Part shown: positions 12,260 to 25,413 of the stretch, piece after piece
Layout: every line of letters starts with the position of its first letter
Numbering within the stretch: position 1 is the stretch's first letter
Position numbers and translations under genes: made by a program
The notes under the pieces: model-generated
Told to the model about the DNA's origin: nothing
Databases searched by the model: none
What the model saw: the letters and a program-made list of their open reading frames with translations, nothing else
Origin: Octopus sinensis
Taxonomy: Eukaryota
Assembly: GCF_006345805.1 (NCBI RefSeq)
Contig: NC_043018.1
Span: 6,758,001-6,822,000 of the forward strand
Reading direction: 5' to 3'
DNA: 64,000 nt

Positions 12260-12335
12260 GTAGTAGTAGTAGTAATAATAATAATAATAATAATAGTAGT
12301 AGTAATATTAATAATAATAATAATAATAATAATAA

Positions 12336-12496
12336 CCCTTTCTACTATAGGCCCAAGGCCTGAAATTTTGTGGGAGTGCTTACATTGACCCCAGTACTCA
12401 ACTGGTACTTATTTTATTGATTCCGAAAGGATGAAAGGCAAAGTCGACCTTAGTGGAATTCAAACTCAGAATGTAAAGACAGACAAAATAGTAATC

Positions 12497-12549
<53 letters not shown>

Positions 12550-12745
12550 CTTTTGTACTGTTGGCACAAGGCCTGAAATTTTGTGGAAGGACACAAATCA
12601 ATTACATCGACCCCAGTACTCGACTGGTACTTATTTTATAGACCCTGAAAAGATGAAGGGTATTTCAACACAGAAAGGAAAAATGGACAAAATGCCACTA
12701 GACATATTTCCTGGTGTGCTAATGATTCTACTAGCTCACCACCTT
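12336..12745 (-). mobile_element. Two SINE B variant copies with (ATT)n tails
   Basis: SINE B body with alternative tail AAATTTCAGGCCTTG(T/G)GCC. More copies near 24203, 25070, 28195, 28472 and 36640. Confidence 0.8.
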
Positions 12746-12769
12746 AATAATAATGATGAGGAGGATAGC

Positions 12770-13310
12770 TCTGATGCAGTACCAGGCAGTGGCTCTCATG
12801 GCTTCTGATTGGAAGTGTTATCATGAACATTGTTTTGTCTTGGTATAAAAGATGAGCTACAGCAAATATTCTGATCAATACCATAGATTTGCTTGTCAGT
12901 TGTTTGACCTTAACCAGTTGAGCATGTCCCTTAGTGGCTGATGGTATGTGCATCTCTGATCACGAGCAGAAGTAGTGATGGGGAACAGCATAGCCATGTG
13001 TTGAAAGGAATTATTAGAGGTTTGGATAATTCATCTTTGGAAACACCTTCATTCAACCTCCTGAAACAACCCTTATTCAGGGATCTTTTGAGCAGGATGA
13101 GCTTACTTGACTTGTAGAAAATTCTAACTGGGCCCCACCTGCAAGGTCATGTGCTGTTTATCTTGATATGAGATCACCATGTCAATCGAATGTGGTTGTG
13201 ATGCCTGTGCCTAGTGTACCCTTATCAGGTAATCATGATGGGTATTCTCGACTTCGTAAATTTTACCCCAGTGTGACTTTGATGGCATGCACTGCTCTCT
13301 CACTCAATAA
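12770..13310 (+). mobile_element. ~550-bp non-coding interspersed element (family D) with (AAT)n tail
   Basis: Four copies in the window: 12770, 22820, 27551 and 37285(-). Confidence 0.85.
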
Positions 13311-14009
13311 TGATGATGATGATGATGATGATGATAATGATTTCTTTTATAGGCCACAACAGCCTAAGACATTGAGGACTACATAAAAAGACAAAATACA
13401 ACACACAAAAAAGGGTAGGGTTAACATCAAGGAAAAGACAAAAACAACAATAAGAATATAGTGAAAGATACAAAAATACAATTCGCTACAATCTACATTT
13501 GAAGTCATCTTTGAACAGACAGATATCAGTTTATCTGGGGGAGAAACAATACAATTATCTACAAGAAGGGTTGAAATCAATGCACACAAGACTTCACAGC
13601 TCTAGCATCACTCCTTCATAGTCAACCAATGAGCTTTTCAGCCCACCTGCATACATGAACACACACACACACAATCACAAACACACACACACACAATCAC
13701 AAACACACACACACAATCACACACACACAATCTCAGACACACAGGCATGCAAACACACAAACACATGGAATGACACTAAGTTATATATGACATTAAAAAG
13801 AGGTCATCAAACGACAACAATTAAAAACTAATTTGAGATCTTTAATCTTGTGTCTTTCACTTGTTTCACTCACAAGACTGTGGCCATACTGGGGCACTGC
13901 CTTGAAGAAGATTTAGACAAATGAATAGATCCCGATACTTATTTCTTGTTTAAGCCAGGTACTTATTTTATTAATCTCTTTTGCTGAACTGAACTGCTAG
14001 GCTATGGGG

Positions 14010-16685
14010 ATGTACCTGCATGGATGATGGTACACTTGCATTTAATGATTCTGCAAAGAAAGAGGCTTGGAGATGACATCATGAAAGGCAGCGAGCTGGC
14101 AGAAACATTAGCACGCCAGGCGAAATGCTTAGTAGTATTTCATCTGCCACTACGTTCTGAGTTCGAATTCTGCCAAGGTCGACTTTGCCTTTCATCCTTT
14201 CGGGGTCGATTAAATAAGTACCAGTTATGCACTGGGGTCAATATAATCAACTTAATCCGTTTGTTTGTCCTTGTTTGTCCTCTCTGTGTTTAGCCCCTTG
14301 TGGGTAGTAAAGAAATAATTATGAAAGACTGCTGAACGTGGAGAAGGAATGTGAGGAGGAGAGTCAGCCAAATGTTGACCCAATTGAGGGACGACTTATA
14401 TGAATTGATGGTACCTTGGTAGATAAAGCTATTAAAGATATAAAGACAGGGAAAGCCCCCGGCTTATCAGGAATCACTACTGAGATAATTAAAATATCTG
14501 GCAGTGTGTGTTTTGGTCAAGTCACCCATATTGTAAATCAGGTGGTTCACAAGGAGTCATACCCAACAACTAGTGTAGCAGCACCATAGTCAACTACTAC
14601 AAAGGTAAAGGTGATGCCTTAGATAGTAATTACAGAGGTAGCAAATTGTTGGATCAGGAAATGAAAGTTATGGAGAGGATCATAGCCCAACTAATTAAGG
14701 AAAGAGTTAGTCTAGATGAGATGCAGTTTGTTTGTTTTTTTTTACTAGAGAGAAGCACCACTGATGCTATATTTTTGGTAAGGAGAAATACATAGCTAAA
14801 GATAAATCTCTGTACTTGGCTTTTGTTGACTTGGAGAAAGCCTTTGATAGGGTCCCCCAATCTCTTATCTGGTGGAAACTGGTGATAGATGAGTGGTTGG
14901 TGAAACTGTACAAGTAATGTACAGGGATGCTACCAATAAAGTGAGGGTTGGCAATGAGTACAGTGAAGAATTCAGGTACAAGTAAGGGTTCACTAAGGAC
15001 CAGAGGAATTTAAGACAAGCTGCACCTAGGAGCCCATCTATGCTGATGACCTCACTCTTATATCTGAATCACAACCAGAACCAGAGAAGAAGTTTCATGT
15101 ATGGAAGCAAGGTCCAGAATCAAAGGGCCTTAGCTCTAACCTAGCATAAACCAAAGTTTTAGTAAGTAGGAAAGCAGACAATTCAAAAATCCCTTCAGAT
15201 AGATGATCCTGCTCGATCTGTAGAAAAGGCATAGGTAGAAACTCTCATAAGATGTACCTAGTGTCAGCTATGGACATATAAGTGGTGCAGTAATATCAGA
15301 GGAAGGTTAACAGGGAAAATAGATTTTGTGTGTGGAAGATGCACAAGTGCAATAAACACTGAAAATACACAGAAAATAGACTCCATCAACTGCCAGGGGA
15401 GTAAACCAAAGCTTCCATTATCTAGGTGACCAAGCTAGTAGTTGGGGTGGATCCCTCAAGAGCAGAGCTGTCAGAATAAGAATAAACTGGGCAAAGTTCA
15501 GAGAGCTCCAACCTCTGCTGACAACAAAGGGCCTCTCCCTCAGAGTGAAAGGCAGATTTTATAATGCCTGTGTGCAAACAGCTATGCCACAATGCAGTGA
15601 AACATAGGCTGTGACAGTCGAAGACATGCGCAGGCTTGAAGGAAATGAAGCCAGTATGCTTTGCTAGATGTGCAATGTCAGTGTGCATGTACAACAGAGT
15701 GTAAGTATTTTGAAAGAAAAGCTGGGCATAAGGGGCATTAGATGTGGTGTGCAAGGGAGACGACTGTGTTGGTATGGTCCGAGCTGGCATAAGGCGGCGA
15801 GCTGGTTAAGGCAGCGAGCTGGCAGAATCGTTAGCACGCTGTGCGAAATGCTTAGTGGTGTTTCGTCTGTCGTTGTGAGTTCAAATTCCGCCGAGGTCGA
15901 CTTTGCCTTTCATCCTTTCGGGGTCAATAAATTAAGTACCACTTACGAACTGGGGTCGATGTAATCGACTTAATACCTATGTCCGTCCTTGTTTGTCCCC
16001 TCTATGTTTAGCCCCTTGTGGGTAATAAAGAAACAGGTATGGTCATGTGATGGGCATGGATGAGGACAGTTGTCTAAAGAAGTGCCAATCTGTAACTGTG
16101 AAGGGAACCTGTGGTAGAGGTAGACCCAGGAAGACATGGCACAAGGTGGTGAAGCATGATCTTTGAGCTTTGGGCCTCACAGAGGCAATGACTAGTGACC
16201 AAGACCTGTGGTGATATGCTGTGCTTGAGAAGGCCTGTCAAGTCAAGGGAAATCGTAGTCATGACAAATGCTGGTGTCATGTTACTGGCATGTAAAATGC
16301 CCCCTTTCGAGCATTGTGCCTCACAGAGGCAAAGTGGAGAATGTCAGTGGCACATGAAAAGCTTCTTTCAAGAGTTGGGCTTTACAGAAGCAAAGAAGAT
16401 TGACCAAGACCTTTGGCATTATGTTGTGCTTGAGAAGAAGACCCATCAAGCCAAGCAAAATCGCAGTTGTGGCAGATACTAGTGTCACACAAATGGCACC
16501 CATGTGGTGGCACATAAAAGCACCCATTAGACTCTCGAAGTGGTTGGTGTGAGGAAGGGCATCCAGCCATAGGAACCATGCCAAATCAGACTGGAGTCTG
16601 TTGCAGCCTTCCAGCTTGCCAGCCCTGGTCAAACTGTCCAACCTATGCTACCATGGACAATGGACATTAAATGATGATGATGATG
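14010..16685 (+). mobile_element. Decayed 5'-truncated RTE LINE (RT, PHD insert, 3' UTR, (GAT)n tail) with two SINE B insertions
   Basis: YLAFVDLEKAFDRVP, IYADDL and GRPRKTW motifs with stops and frameshifts; SINEs at ~14087-14318 and ~15780-16033. Confidence 0.92.
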
Positions 16686-16907
16686 GTGTTATATATATAT
16701 AGAGAGAGAGAGTTGAAATTTACAGAAAAGCAAAGGATGAAGACAGGGGTATAAACAACAAGCAGATGTATTAGTTTGATGCTCAGGAAGGTGAGAAATT
16801 CCTTTATGTTTCGAGCCTATGCTCTTCAATAGAAAGGGACACAAGGAAATAAACAGAGAGAGAATAAAAAATTTGTGGAGTTAGTGGTCAATCATAGTAA
16901 CTGGTTG

Positions 16908-16943
<36 letters not shown>

Positions 16944-16954
16944 TAACCAGTCAC

Positions 16955-17049
<95 letters not shown>

Positions 17050-17143
17050 TAATCCAAACAAGAAAGCACAAAAAACACAACAACGCGAGGACATGGAACA
17101 AATATAGTATTATGGACGCTCAGGAAAGAAGGAAAGAAGGAGG

Positions 17144-17178
17144 GTTTAACGTTTCGAGTGGAGCTCTTCATCGGAAAC
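17144..17178 (-). ncRNA. Minimal hammerhead variant in a (TA)n-flanked Penelope-like relic (17045-17250)
   Basis: Minus strand reads GTTT-CCGATGA-A-GAG ctcca CTC-GAAA-CG-TT-AAAC, with U4 replaced by C. A more decayed relative lies at 16801-16837. Confidence 0.55.
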
Positions 17179-17267
17179 ATAGGAGAGGTAAGATCCAGAG
17201 AAGAGAAGACAGAGGAAAAAAAATCGCTAACGATACACACAGGGTCACATTTTGTGTGTGTGTATAT

Positions 17268-20200
17268 CATCATCATCATCATCATCATCATTTAGCGTCC
17301 GTTTTCCATGCTAGCATGGGTTGGACGGTTCAACTGGGGTCTGGGGAGCCCGAAGGCTGCACAGGCCAGTCAGATCTGGCAGTGTTTCTACAGCTGGATG
17401 CCCTTCCTAAGCCAAACCACTCCGAGAGTGTAGTGGGTGATTTTATGTGCCACCGACACAGGTGCCAGACGAGGCTGGCGAACGGCCACGCTCGGATGGT
17501 GTTTGTTTTATGTGCCACCGACACAGGTGCCAGACGAGGCTGGCAGACGGCCACGCTCGGATGGTGTGTTTTTATGTGCCACCGACACAGGTGCCAGATG
17601 AGGCTGGCGGATGGCCACGATCGGATGGTGTTTGTTACGTCCCCAAAGCACGGAGGCCAGTCTATGCGGTACTGGCTACGGCCACGTTCGGATGATTTTC
17701 TTGTGTGCCACCGGCACTGGTACCATAAAGATACAAATTCCATTGATGTTCATCTATTTTGATTTGTTTTGATTTGATTTGATTTTCACTTGCCTCAACA
17801 GGTCTTCACAAGTGTCACAAGAAGGAAGGTATGCTCAGGTGGACTGACTATGTCCCAGGTAGGGGCCACGGGTTATGGCCTGACTAGTCTTGCCGGGTCT
17901 TCGGATGGTGTTTTTATGTGCCACCGACACAGGTGCCAGATGAGGCTGGCGAACGGCCACGATCGGATGGTTGTTGTTGCGTGCCCACAGCACGGAGGCC
18001 AGTCGATGCGGTACTGGCTAGGCCACGTTCAGATGGTTTTCTTGTGTGCCACCGGCACTGGTACCACAAGATACAAATTCCATTGATGTTCATCTATTTT
18101 GATTTGATTTGATTGATTTTCACTTGCCTCAACAGGTCTTCACAAGTGTCACAAGAAGGAAGGAAGGTATGCACAGGTGGACTGACTACGTTGCCAGGTC
18201 TTCGGATGGTGTTTTTATGTCCCACCGACACAGGTGCCAGATGAGGCTGGCGAACGGCCACGATCGGATGGTTTTCTTGTGTGCCACCGGTACTGGAACC
18301 ACAAAGATACAAATTCCATTGATGTTCATATTTGATTTGGTTTGATTTTCACTTGCCTCAACAGGTCTTCACAAGTGTCACACATTGCCTCAACAGGTCT
18401 CCACAAGTGTCACACACTTGCCTCTGCCTCAACAGGTCTTCACAAAGTGTCACACACTTGCCTCTGCCTCAATAGGTCTTCACAAGTGTCACACACTTGC
18501 CTCAAAAGGTCTTCACAAGTGTCATAAGAGGGAAGGTATGCACAGGTGGACTGACTACGTCGCCGGGTCTTCGGATGGTGTTTTTATGTGCCACCGACAC
18601 AGGTGCCAGATGAGGCTGGCGAACGGCCACGATCAGATGGTGTTTGTTGTGCCCACAGCATGGAGGCCAGTCGATGCGGTACTGGCTAGGCCACGTTTGG
18701 ATGGTTTTCTTGTGTGCCACCGGTACTGGAACCACAAAGATACAAATTCCATTGATGTTCATCTATTTTGATTTGGTTTGATTTGATTTTCACTTGCCTC
18801 AACAGGTTTTCACAAGGGTCACACACTTGCCTCAACAGGTCTCCAAAGTGTCACACACTTGCCTCTGCCTCAACAGGTCTTCACAAGTGTCACACACTTG
18901 CCTCAACAGGTCTTCACAAGTGTCATAAGAGGGAAGGTATGCACAGGTGGACTGACTACGTCGCCGGGTCTTCGGATGGCGTCTTTATGTGCCACCGACA
19001 CAGGTGCCAGATGAGGCTGGCGAACGGCCACGATCGGATGGTGTTTGTTGTGCCCACAGCACGGAGGCCAGTCAATGCGGTACTGGCTACGGCCACGTTT
19101 GGGTTTGGTGGTTTTCTTGTGTGCCACCGGCACTGGTACCACAAAGAATACAATTCCACTGATGTTCATCTTTTGATTTGTTTTGATTTGATTTTCACTT
19201 GCCTCAACAGGTCTTCATAAGTGTCACAAGAAGGAAGGTATGCACAGGAGGACTGACTACATCCCAGGTAGGGGCCACGGGTTATGGCCTGACTAGTCTT
19301 GCCGGGTCTTCTCACGCACAGCATACTTCCATAGGTCTCGGTCTCTAGACATTTCCTTAGTGAGACCTAAAGTTCGAAGGTCGTGCTTCACCACCTCGTC
19401 CCAGGTTTTCCTGGGTCTACCTCTTCCACGGGTTCCCTCAACTGCTAGGGTGTAGCACTTTTGCACACAACTATCTTCAGCCTTTCTCGTCACATGACCA
19501 TACCAGCGCAGCCGTCTCTCTTGCACACCACAACTGACGCTTCTTAGGTTCAACTTTCTCTCAAGGAACTTACACTCTGACGATTATGAACACTGACATT
19601 ACACATCCATCGGAGCATACTGGCTTCATTTCTTGCGAGCTTACGCATATCCTCAGCAGTCACGGCCCATGTTTCACTACCATGTAGCATGGCTGTACGT
19701 ACACATGCATCTACAGTCTGCCTTTTACTCTGAGCGAGAGGCCTTTTGTCACCAGCAGGGGTAAGAGCTCTCTAAACTTTGCCCAGGCTATTCTTACTCT
19801 AGCAGTTACACTTTCAGCACACCCACCCCCGCTACTGACTTGGTCTCCTAGGTAGCGGAAGCTATCAACTTACTTCTAGTTTGTCTCCCTGGAACGTGGC
19901 AGAAGTTGATCTCTGCACATTTCCAGTGTTTATTGCTCCTGAGCATTTGCCACAGACAACAAAAACTATTTTCCTAGTTAGCCTTCCTTGACATTGCTGC
20001 ACCTCTTATGTGTCCATAGCTTACACTTATAGAGTTTCTACCTACACCTTTTTTACAGATCGAGCAGGGCCATCTACCTGAAGGCGTTTGGATTGATCTA
20101 CCTTCCTACTTATTAGGACTTTGGTTTTGGCTAGGTTGATTCTAAGGCCCTTCGATTCTAATCCTTGTTTCCACACCTGAAACTTCTCCTCCAGTTCTGA

Positions 20201-20770
20201 TAGTGACTCAGCAATTAGAGCAAGGTATCAGCATAGAGGAGCTCCCAGGGGCAACCTGTCTTGAATTCCTCCGTTATTGCCTGGAGGACTATGATAAATA
20301 GGAGGGGACTGAGGACTGAACCTTGGTGGACCCCAACCTCTACCCGGAATTCTTCACTGTACTCGTTGCCAACCCTCACCTTACTAGCAGCGTCTCTGTA
20401 CATAGCTTGCACAGCTCTCACCAACCATTCTTCTATCCCTAGTTTCCTCATTGACCACCAGATAAGGGATCGGGGGACCCTGTCAAAGGCTTTCTCCAAG
20501 TCAACAAAAGCCAGGTACAAGGGCTTATCTTTGGCTAGGTATTTCTCCTGCAGCTGTCTACCAGGAATATAGCATCAGTAGTACTTTTCCCTGGCACGAA
20601 CCCAACTGCATATCATCTAAGCTAAATCTCCTCTCTAATTAGTTGGGTTATAACCCTCTCCGTAACCTTCATTACCTGATCCAGCAGCTTGATGCCCCTG
20701 TAGTTATTGTCTCTAGGGCGTCGCCTTTACCTTTGTAGCAGTTGACTATTATGCTGCTACACCAGTCATT
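17268..20770 (-). mobile_element. 5'-truncated RTE LINE with RT and a tandemly amplified 3' UTR
   Basis: YLAFVDLEKAFDRVPR...GVHQGSVLSPLLF...ELLYAD (20215-20520); stop at 19293; (GAT)n tail at 17268-17290; frameshifted. Confidence 0.95.
17440..19290. repeat. Composite tandem array within the RTE 3' UTR (~5 units of 300-430 bp with nested ~62-bp and 27-33-bp subrepeats)
   Basis: GTGCCACCGACACAGGTGCCAGA and CACTTGCCTCAACAGGTCTTCACAAGTGTCA recur throughout. Confidence 0.92.
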
Positions 20771-20818
20771 ATATATATATATATATATATGAATTGATGA
20801 TGATGATGTATATAGATA

Positions 20819-21245
20819 GGCACAGGAGTAGCTGTGTAGTAAGTAGCTTGCTTACGAACCACATGGTTCCAGGTTCAGTTCAACTGCGTGGCATCTTGGG
20901 CAAATGTCTTCTACTATAGCCTCGGGCTGACCAAAGCCTTGTTAGTGGATTTGGTAAATGGAAACTACAAAAAGCCCAGCATATATATGTATGTATATAT
21001 ATATGTATGTATGTGTGTGTATATGTTTTTTTGTGTCTGTGTTTGGCCCCCTTCCCCCCAGCATTGCTTGACAACTGATGCTGGTGTGTTTACGTCCCCG
21101 TAACTTAGCAGTTCGGCAAAAGAGACCGATAGAATAAGTATTCGGCTTACAAAGAATAAGTCCTGGGGTCAATTTGCTCGACTACAGGCAGTGCTCCAGC
21201 ATGGCCACTGTCAAATGAGTGAAACAAGTAAAAGAGTAAAAGAGT
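20819..21245 (+). mobile_element. SINE family A, full length
   Basis: Similarity to 6185-6590. Confidence 0.9.
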
Positions 21246-22553
21246 ATATATGTGTATTGATGATGATGATGTATATATATATATATATATACAACAGGCT
21301 TCTTTCAGTTTCTGTCTACCAAATTCACTCACAAGTCTTTGCTCAGCTCAAGGCTATATTAGAAGAAAGTCATTTACCCAAGTTGCTGTGTGATGGGACT
21401 GAACCTAGAACCATGTGGTTGGGAAGCAAGCTCCTTATTTCACAGCCATCATGCATTGAATAAAATTAATTGAAAGTAGTGTCATTATTCTGTGTAGAAA
21501 TTATTAAGGGACAACTGTCAACAAGGAAAAACCTGTGAGTGGAGGAAGCAAAACAAAACAAAAGAGGGCCGAACAGGTTTCGACAGACCCATGCGAGCAT
21601 GGAAACATGGAGATTGAAATGGTGGTGGTGGTAGTAGTGCTTCTGCAGGTGATTATGATGATGATGATGGTGGTGGTGGTGGTGGTGGTGGTAATGGTAG
21701 TGTGCTTCTGCAAGTGATAATGACAATGATAATGATGATGATGACGATGGTGGTAAAGTTTTATGATGATGATGATGACGACAAAAGATGACGGCGGTGG
21801 CGATGATGATGACCATGATGTTGATGAAAATAATGCTAATTGTGATGATAATGATGGCAATAATAATGATAATGATGATGACCAAGGACAGTAGCTAGCA
21901 TTACGATGCAATGAACACACATACACACACACAGACATACACATACACACACACATATACATACACACAGACATACACATCCACACATATACATACACAC
22001 ACATACACCCACACACACAGACAATGATAATATAGAAAGATGTATAAAATTTCTCGAACGATCAACTGTGAAGAGAGAGTGCAAAATTTCAAATTAACTC
22101 CCTTGCCATTGATCTGAACAAGTTAGAACCAACACCAACAACAACAACAACAACAACAACAACAACGACGACGGTGACAACAACAACAACATCAACATGC
22201 AAAAGTTTGTAACTTTCATCGACTTCACTGAGCTAGAAATGAAATGTCTATTGGTGTGTTAATTGATTAATTAAAAATTAATCACACGGCATTGTACCCA
22301 ACCGACACAGAGCTGCGCTACGTTCTGTAGAGACACACGCAATAACAATAAGACTACTCAGACGATGCCGACGACGGTGGTGGTGGTGGTAGTGGTGGTG
22401 GTAGTGGCGGTGGTGGTGGTGGTGGTGGTGGTGGTGGTGATGATGATAATGATGAAGATGATGATGGTGGTGATGGTGGTGGTGGTATGGCGGTGGCAGA
22501 GGCAGCGGTGGTAATGATTATGATGATGGTGGTGGTGGTGGTGGTGGTGGTGG

Positions 22554-22584
<31 letters not shown>

Positions 22585-22819
22585 GATGATGATGGTGGTG
22601 GCGGTGGTGGTAGTGGTGGTGGTAGTAGTAGTGGTGGTGTTGGTAGCGGCAGCAGTGGTGGTGGTGATGATGATGATGATAATGGTGGTGGTAGTGGTGG
22701 CAGCAGCGGTGGTGGTGGTGGCAGCAGTGGTAGTGGTGATGATGGTGGTGGTAGTGGTGGTGGTGGTAATGATTATGATGATGATGATGGTGGTGGTGGT
22801 GGTGATGATGATGATAATA

Positions 22820-23250
22820 CTCTACTCAGTACGACAGATTTGTTTGTCAGTTGCTTGACTTTAACCAGTTAACCATGTCCTTTAGTGGCTGACGATATGT
22901 GCATCTCTGATCACGAGCAGAAGTAGTGGGGGAGCATCATAGCATGATGAGGAATTCTTTGGGGTTTAACTAATTCACCACAAGAAACATGGATGTTTCT
23001 TTCATTATTCAGGGACCATTTGAGCAGGATGGGCTACTTGGCATGAAAAAAATTCTAACTGGACCCCACCTGAAAGATCATGCACTGTTTGTCTTGATAT
23101 AAGGTCACCATGTGACACACATTTGGTTCTGATGCATGTGCCTGGTGTACCCACCTCAGACAGGTAGTCATGGCAGGTATACTAGGCTTCGTATATTTTC
23201 ACCTCAGATTCACTTTGATGGCATGTGTTGCTCTCTCACTCAATAATAAT
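22820..23250 (+). mobile_element. Family D element, 5'-truncated
   Basis: Similarity to 12770-13310. Confidence 0.85.
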
Positions 23251-23994
23251 AAAAATAATGATGGTGATGATGATGATGATGATCGTCATCATCATCGTTT
23301 AACGTCCATCTTCCATGTTGGCATGGGTTGGACAGTTCGACTGGGGTCTGGGAAGCCAGGAGGCTACACCAGGCTCCAATCTCATCTCGCAGTGTTTCTA
23401 CAGCTGGATGCCCTTCCTAATGCCAACCACTCCAGGAGTGTACCGGGTGCTCTTTACATGCCACCAGCACAGGGGCCAGAGGAGCTGACATCGACCATGA
23501 TCGGATGGTGCCTTTTTACGTGTCACTGGCACGGAAGCCAGTCAAAGTGGCACTGGCATCGGCCACGTTTGGATTGTGCTTTTTACATGCTACCAGCACG
23601 GGGTCACAACTACAATTTCCATTTGATTTGATTTTGATATTGATGTACTTGACTCAATAGGTTTCCTGAAGCACATCATGTTACCCTACGATCCAAGGTA
23701 CTTTGAATGGGCTGGTTATGCAACACTGGTGTAGGTTACAGCTGTGAACTCACTTTATCTGCCAGGTCTTCTCAGTCACAGCATACGTCCAGAGGTCTCG
23801 GTCTTTGTCATTGCCTCTATGAGGCCCAACGTTTGAAGGTCCTGCTTGACCACCTCATCCCATGTCTCCCTGGGTCTCCCTTTACCCCCGGATTCTTTCG
23901 ACTGCTTGGGAGTGGCACTTCTTCACAAAACTCTCCTCATCCATCTGCAGTACATGATCATACCAATGTAAACGTCTCTCTTGCACGCAACCAA

Positions 23995-24182
23995 TGCCAG
24001 GACTTACAAGTGTATATAACATACAGAAACTAGCACTTCTAGACACTGCACACAGCGTATGTAAAGCACTTTCAATACAGTGAAAAGAAGAGTGTCACAA
24101 CAAACCACAACACATACTCAAGGCACACAGAGCTGCGCTCAGTAGTACAGTGAAAGCATGTGATAAAAATAAGACTACTGAA
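23995..24182 (+). mobile_element. Short 3' end of an R4/Dong-like element
   Basis: Diverged match to 24835-25022, followed by (AAT)n. Confidence 0.8.
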
Positions 24183-24416
24183 TAATAATAATAATAATAA
24201 TAACCCTTTCTACTACAGGCGCAAGACCTGAAATTTTGAGGAAGGAGGCAAGTCAATTACATCGACCTCAGTATATAACTGGTACTCATTTCATCAACCC
24301 TAAAAAGGTGAAAGGCAAACCTGACTTCAGTGGAATTTGAACTCAGAACAAAAAGACAGATCAAATGCCACAAAGCATTTTGCCTGGCATGCTAATGATT
24401 CAGACAGCTCACTGCC

Positions 24417-24478
<62 letters not shown>

Positions 24479-25022
24479 TGCCAACATTATGGAATAACAA
24501 CAGAAAAAAGATGGTATAGGCACACACCAGAAAAGGTCACAGAAAACGAGAAAGCAACCATACTCTGGGATATGCCAATACACACAGATAGAGAAATTAA
24601 AGCCAACAGACCAGATATAGTTGTCAGAGATCATGAAGGAAAAAATGCTTTCTAATTGATGTATCAATACCAGCAGATGACAACATGTCTCTAAAAGAAA
24701 TGGAGAAACTCTCAAAATACAAAGACCTGGAAATAGAGGTAACTAGAATGTGGAATCTAAAAACAGAAACAATTCCTATCATAGTAGGTGCATTAGGCAT
24801 GATAAAAAAATATTCAGACAAATACATAACAAAAACACCAGGACTTACAAACACATATAACATACAGAAAATTGCACTACTAGGCACTGCACACATCCTA
24901 CGCAGAACACTTTCCATACAATAACCATCAGAGCATCACAGCAAATCACAGCACATACCTAAGGCACACAGAGCTGCGCTCGGTAGTGAAGTGAAAGCAC
25001 GCTATAAAAATAAAACTACTGA
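24479..25022 (+). mobile_element. R4/Dong-like non-LTR retrotransposon 3' fragment (restriction-like endonuclease domain) in a (TAA)n array
   Basis: ILWDMPIHTDREIKANRPDIVV...LIDVSIP...EKLSKYKDL...IPIIVGALG...KIALLGTAHILRRTL, one frameshift; (TAA)n on both flanks. Confidence 0.92.
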
Positions 25023-25374
25023 ATAATAATAATAATAATAGTAATAATAATAATAATAATAATAATTATCCTTTCTTCTAAAGGCACAAGGCCTGAAATT
25101 TTGGGTGAGTCGGGAAGTCAGTTACATTGATCACAGTGTTTCACTGGTACTTAATTTATCAACCCAGAATGGATGAAAGGCAAAGTTGTCCTCGGTGGAA
25201 TTTGAACTCAGATTGCAGCAGCAGACAAACTACTGCTAAGCATTTTGCCAAGCGTGTTAATGATTCTACTAGCTCTAATAATAATAATAACAATAATAAT
25301 AATAAAAGTAATATGGTTGTGGACAGCTGACACTTTCCATTATACCCAGCAAAATAAGCTGAGAGTTTTCATAA

Positions 25375-25413
<39 letters not shown>

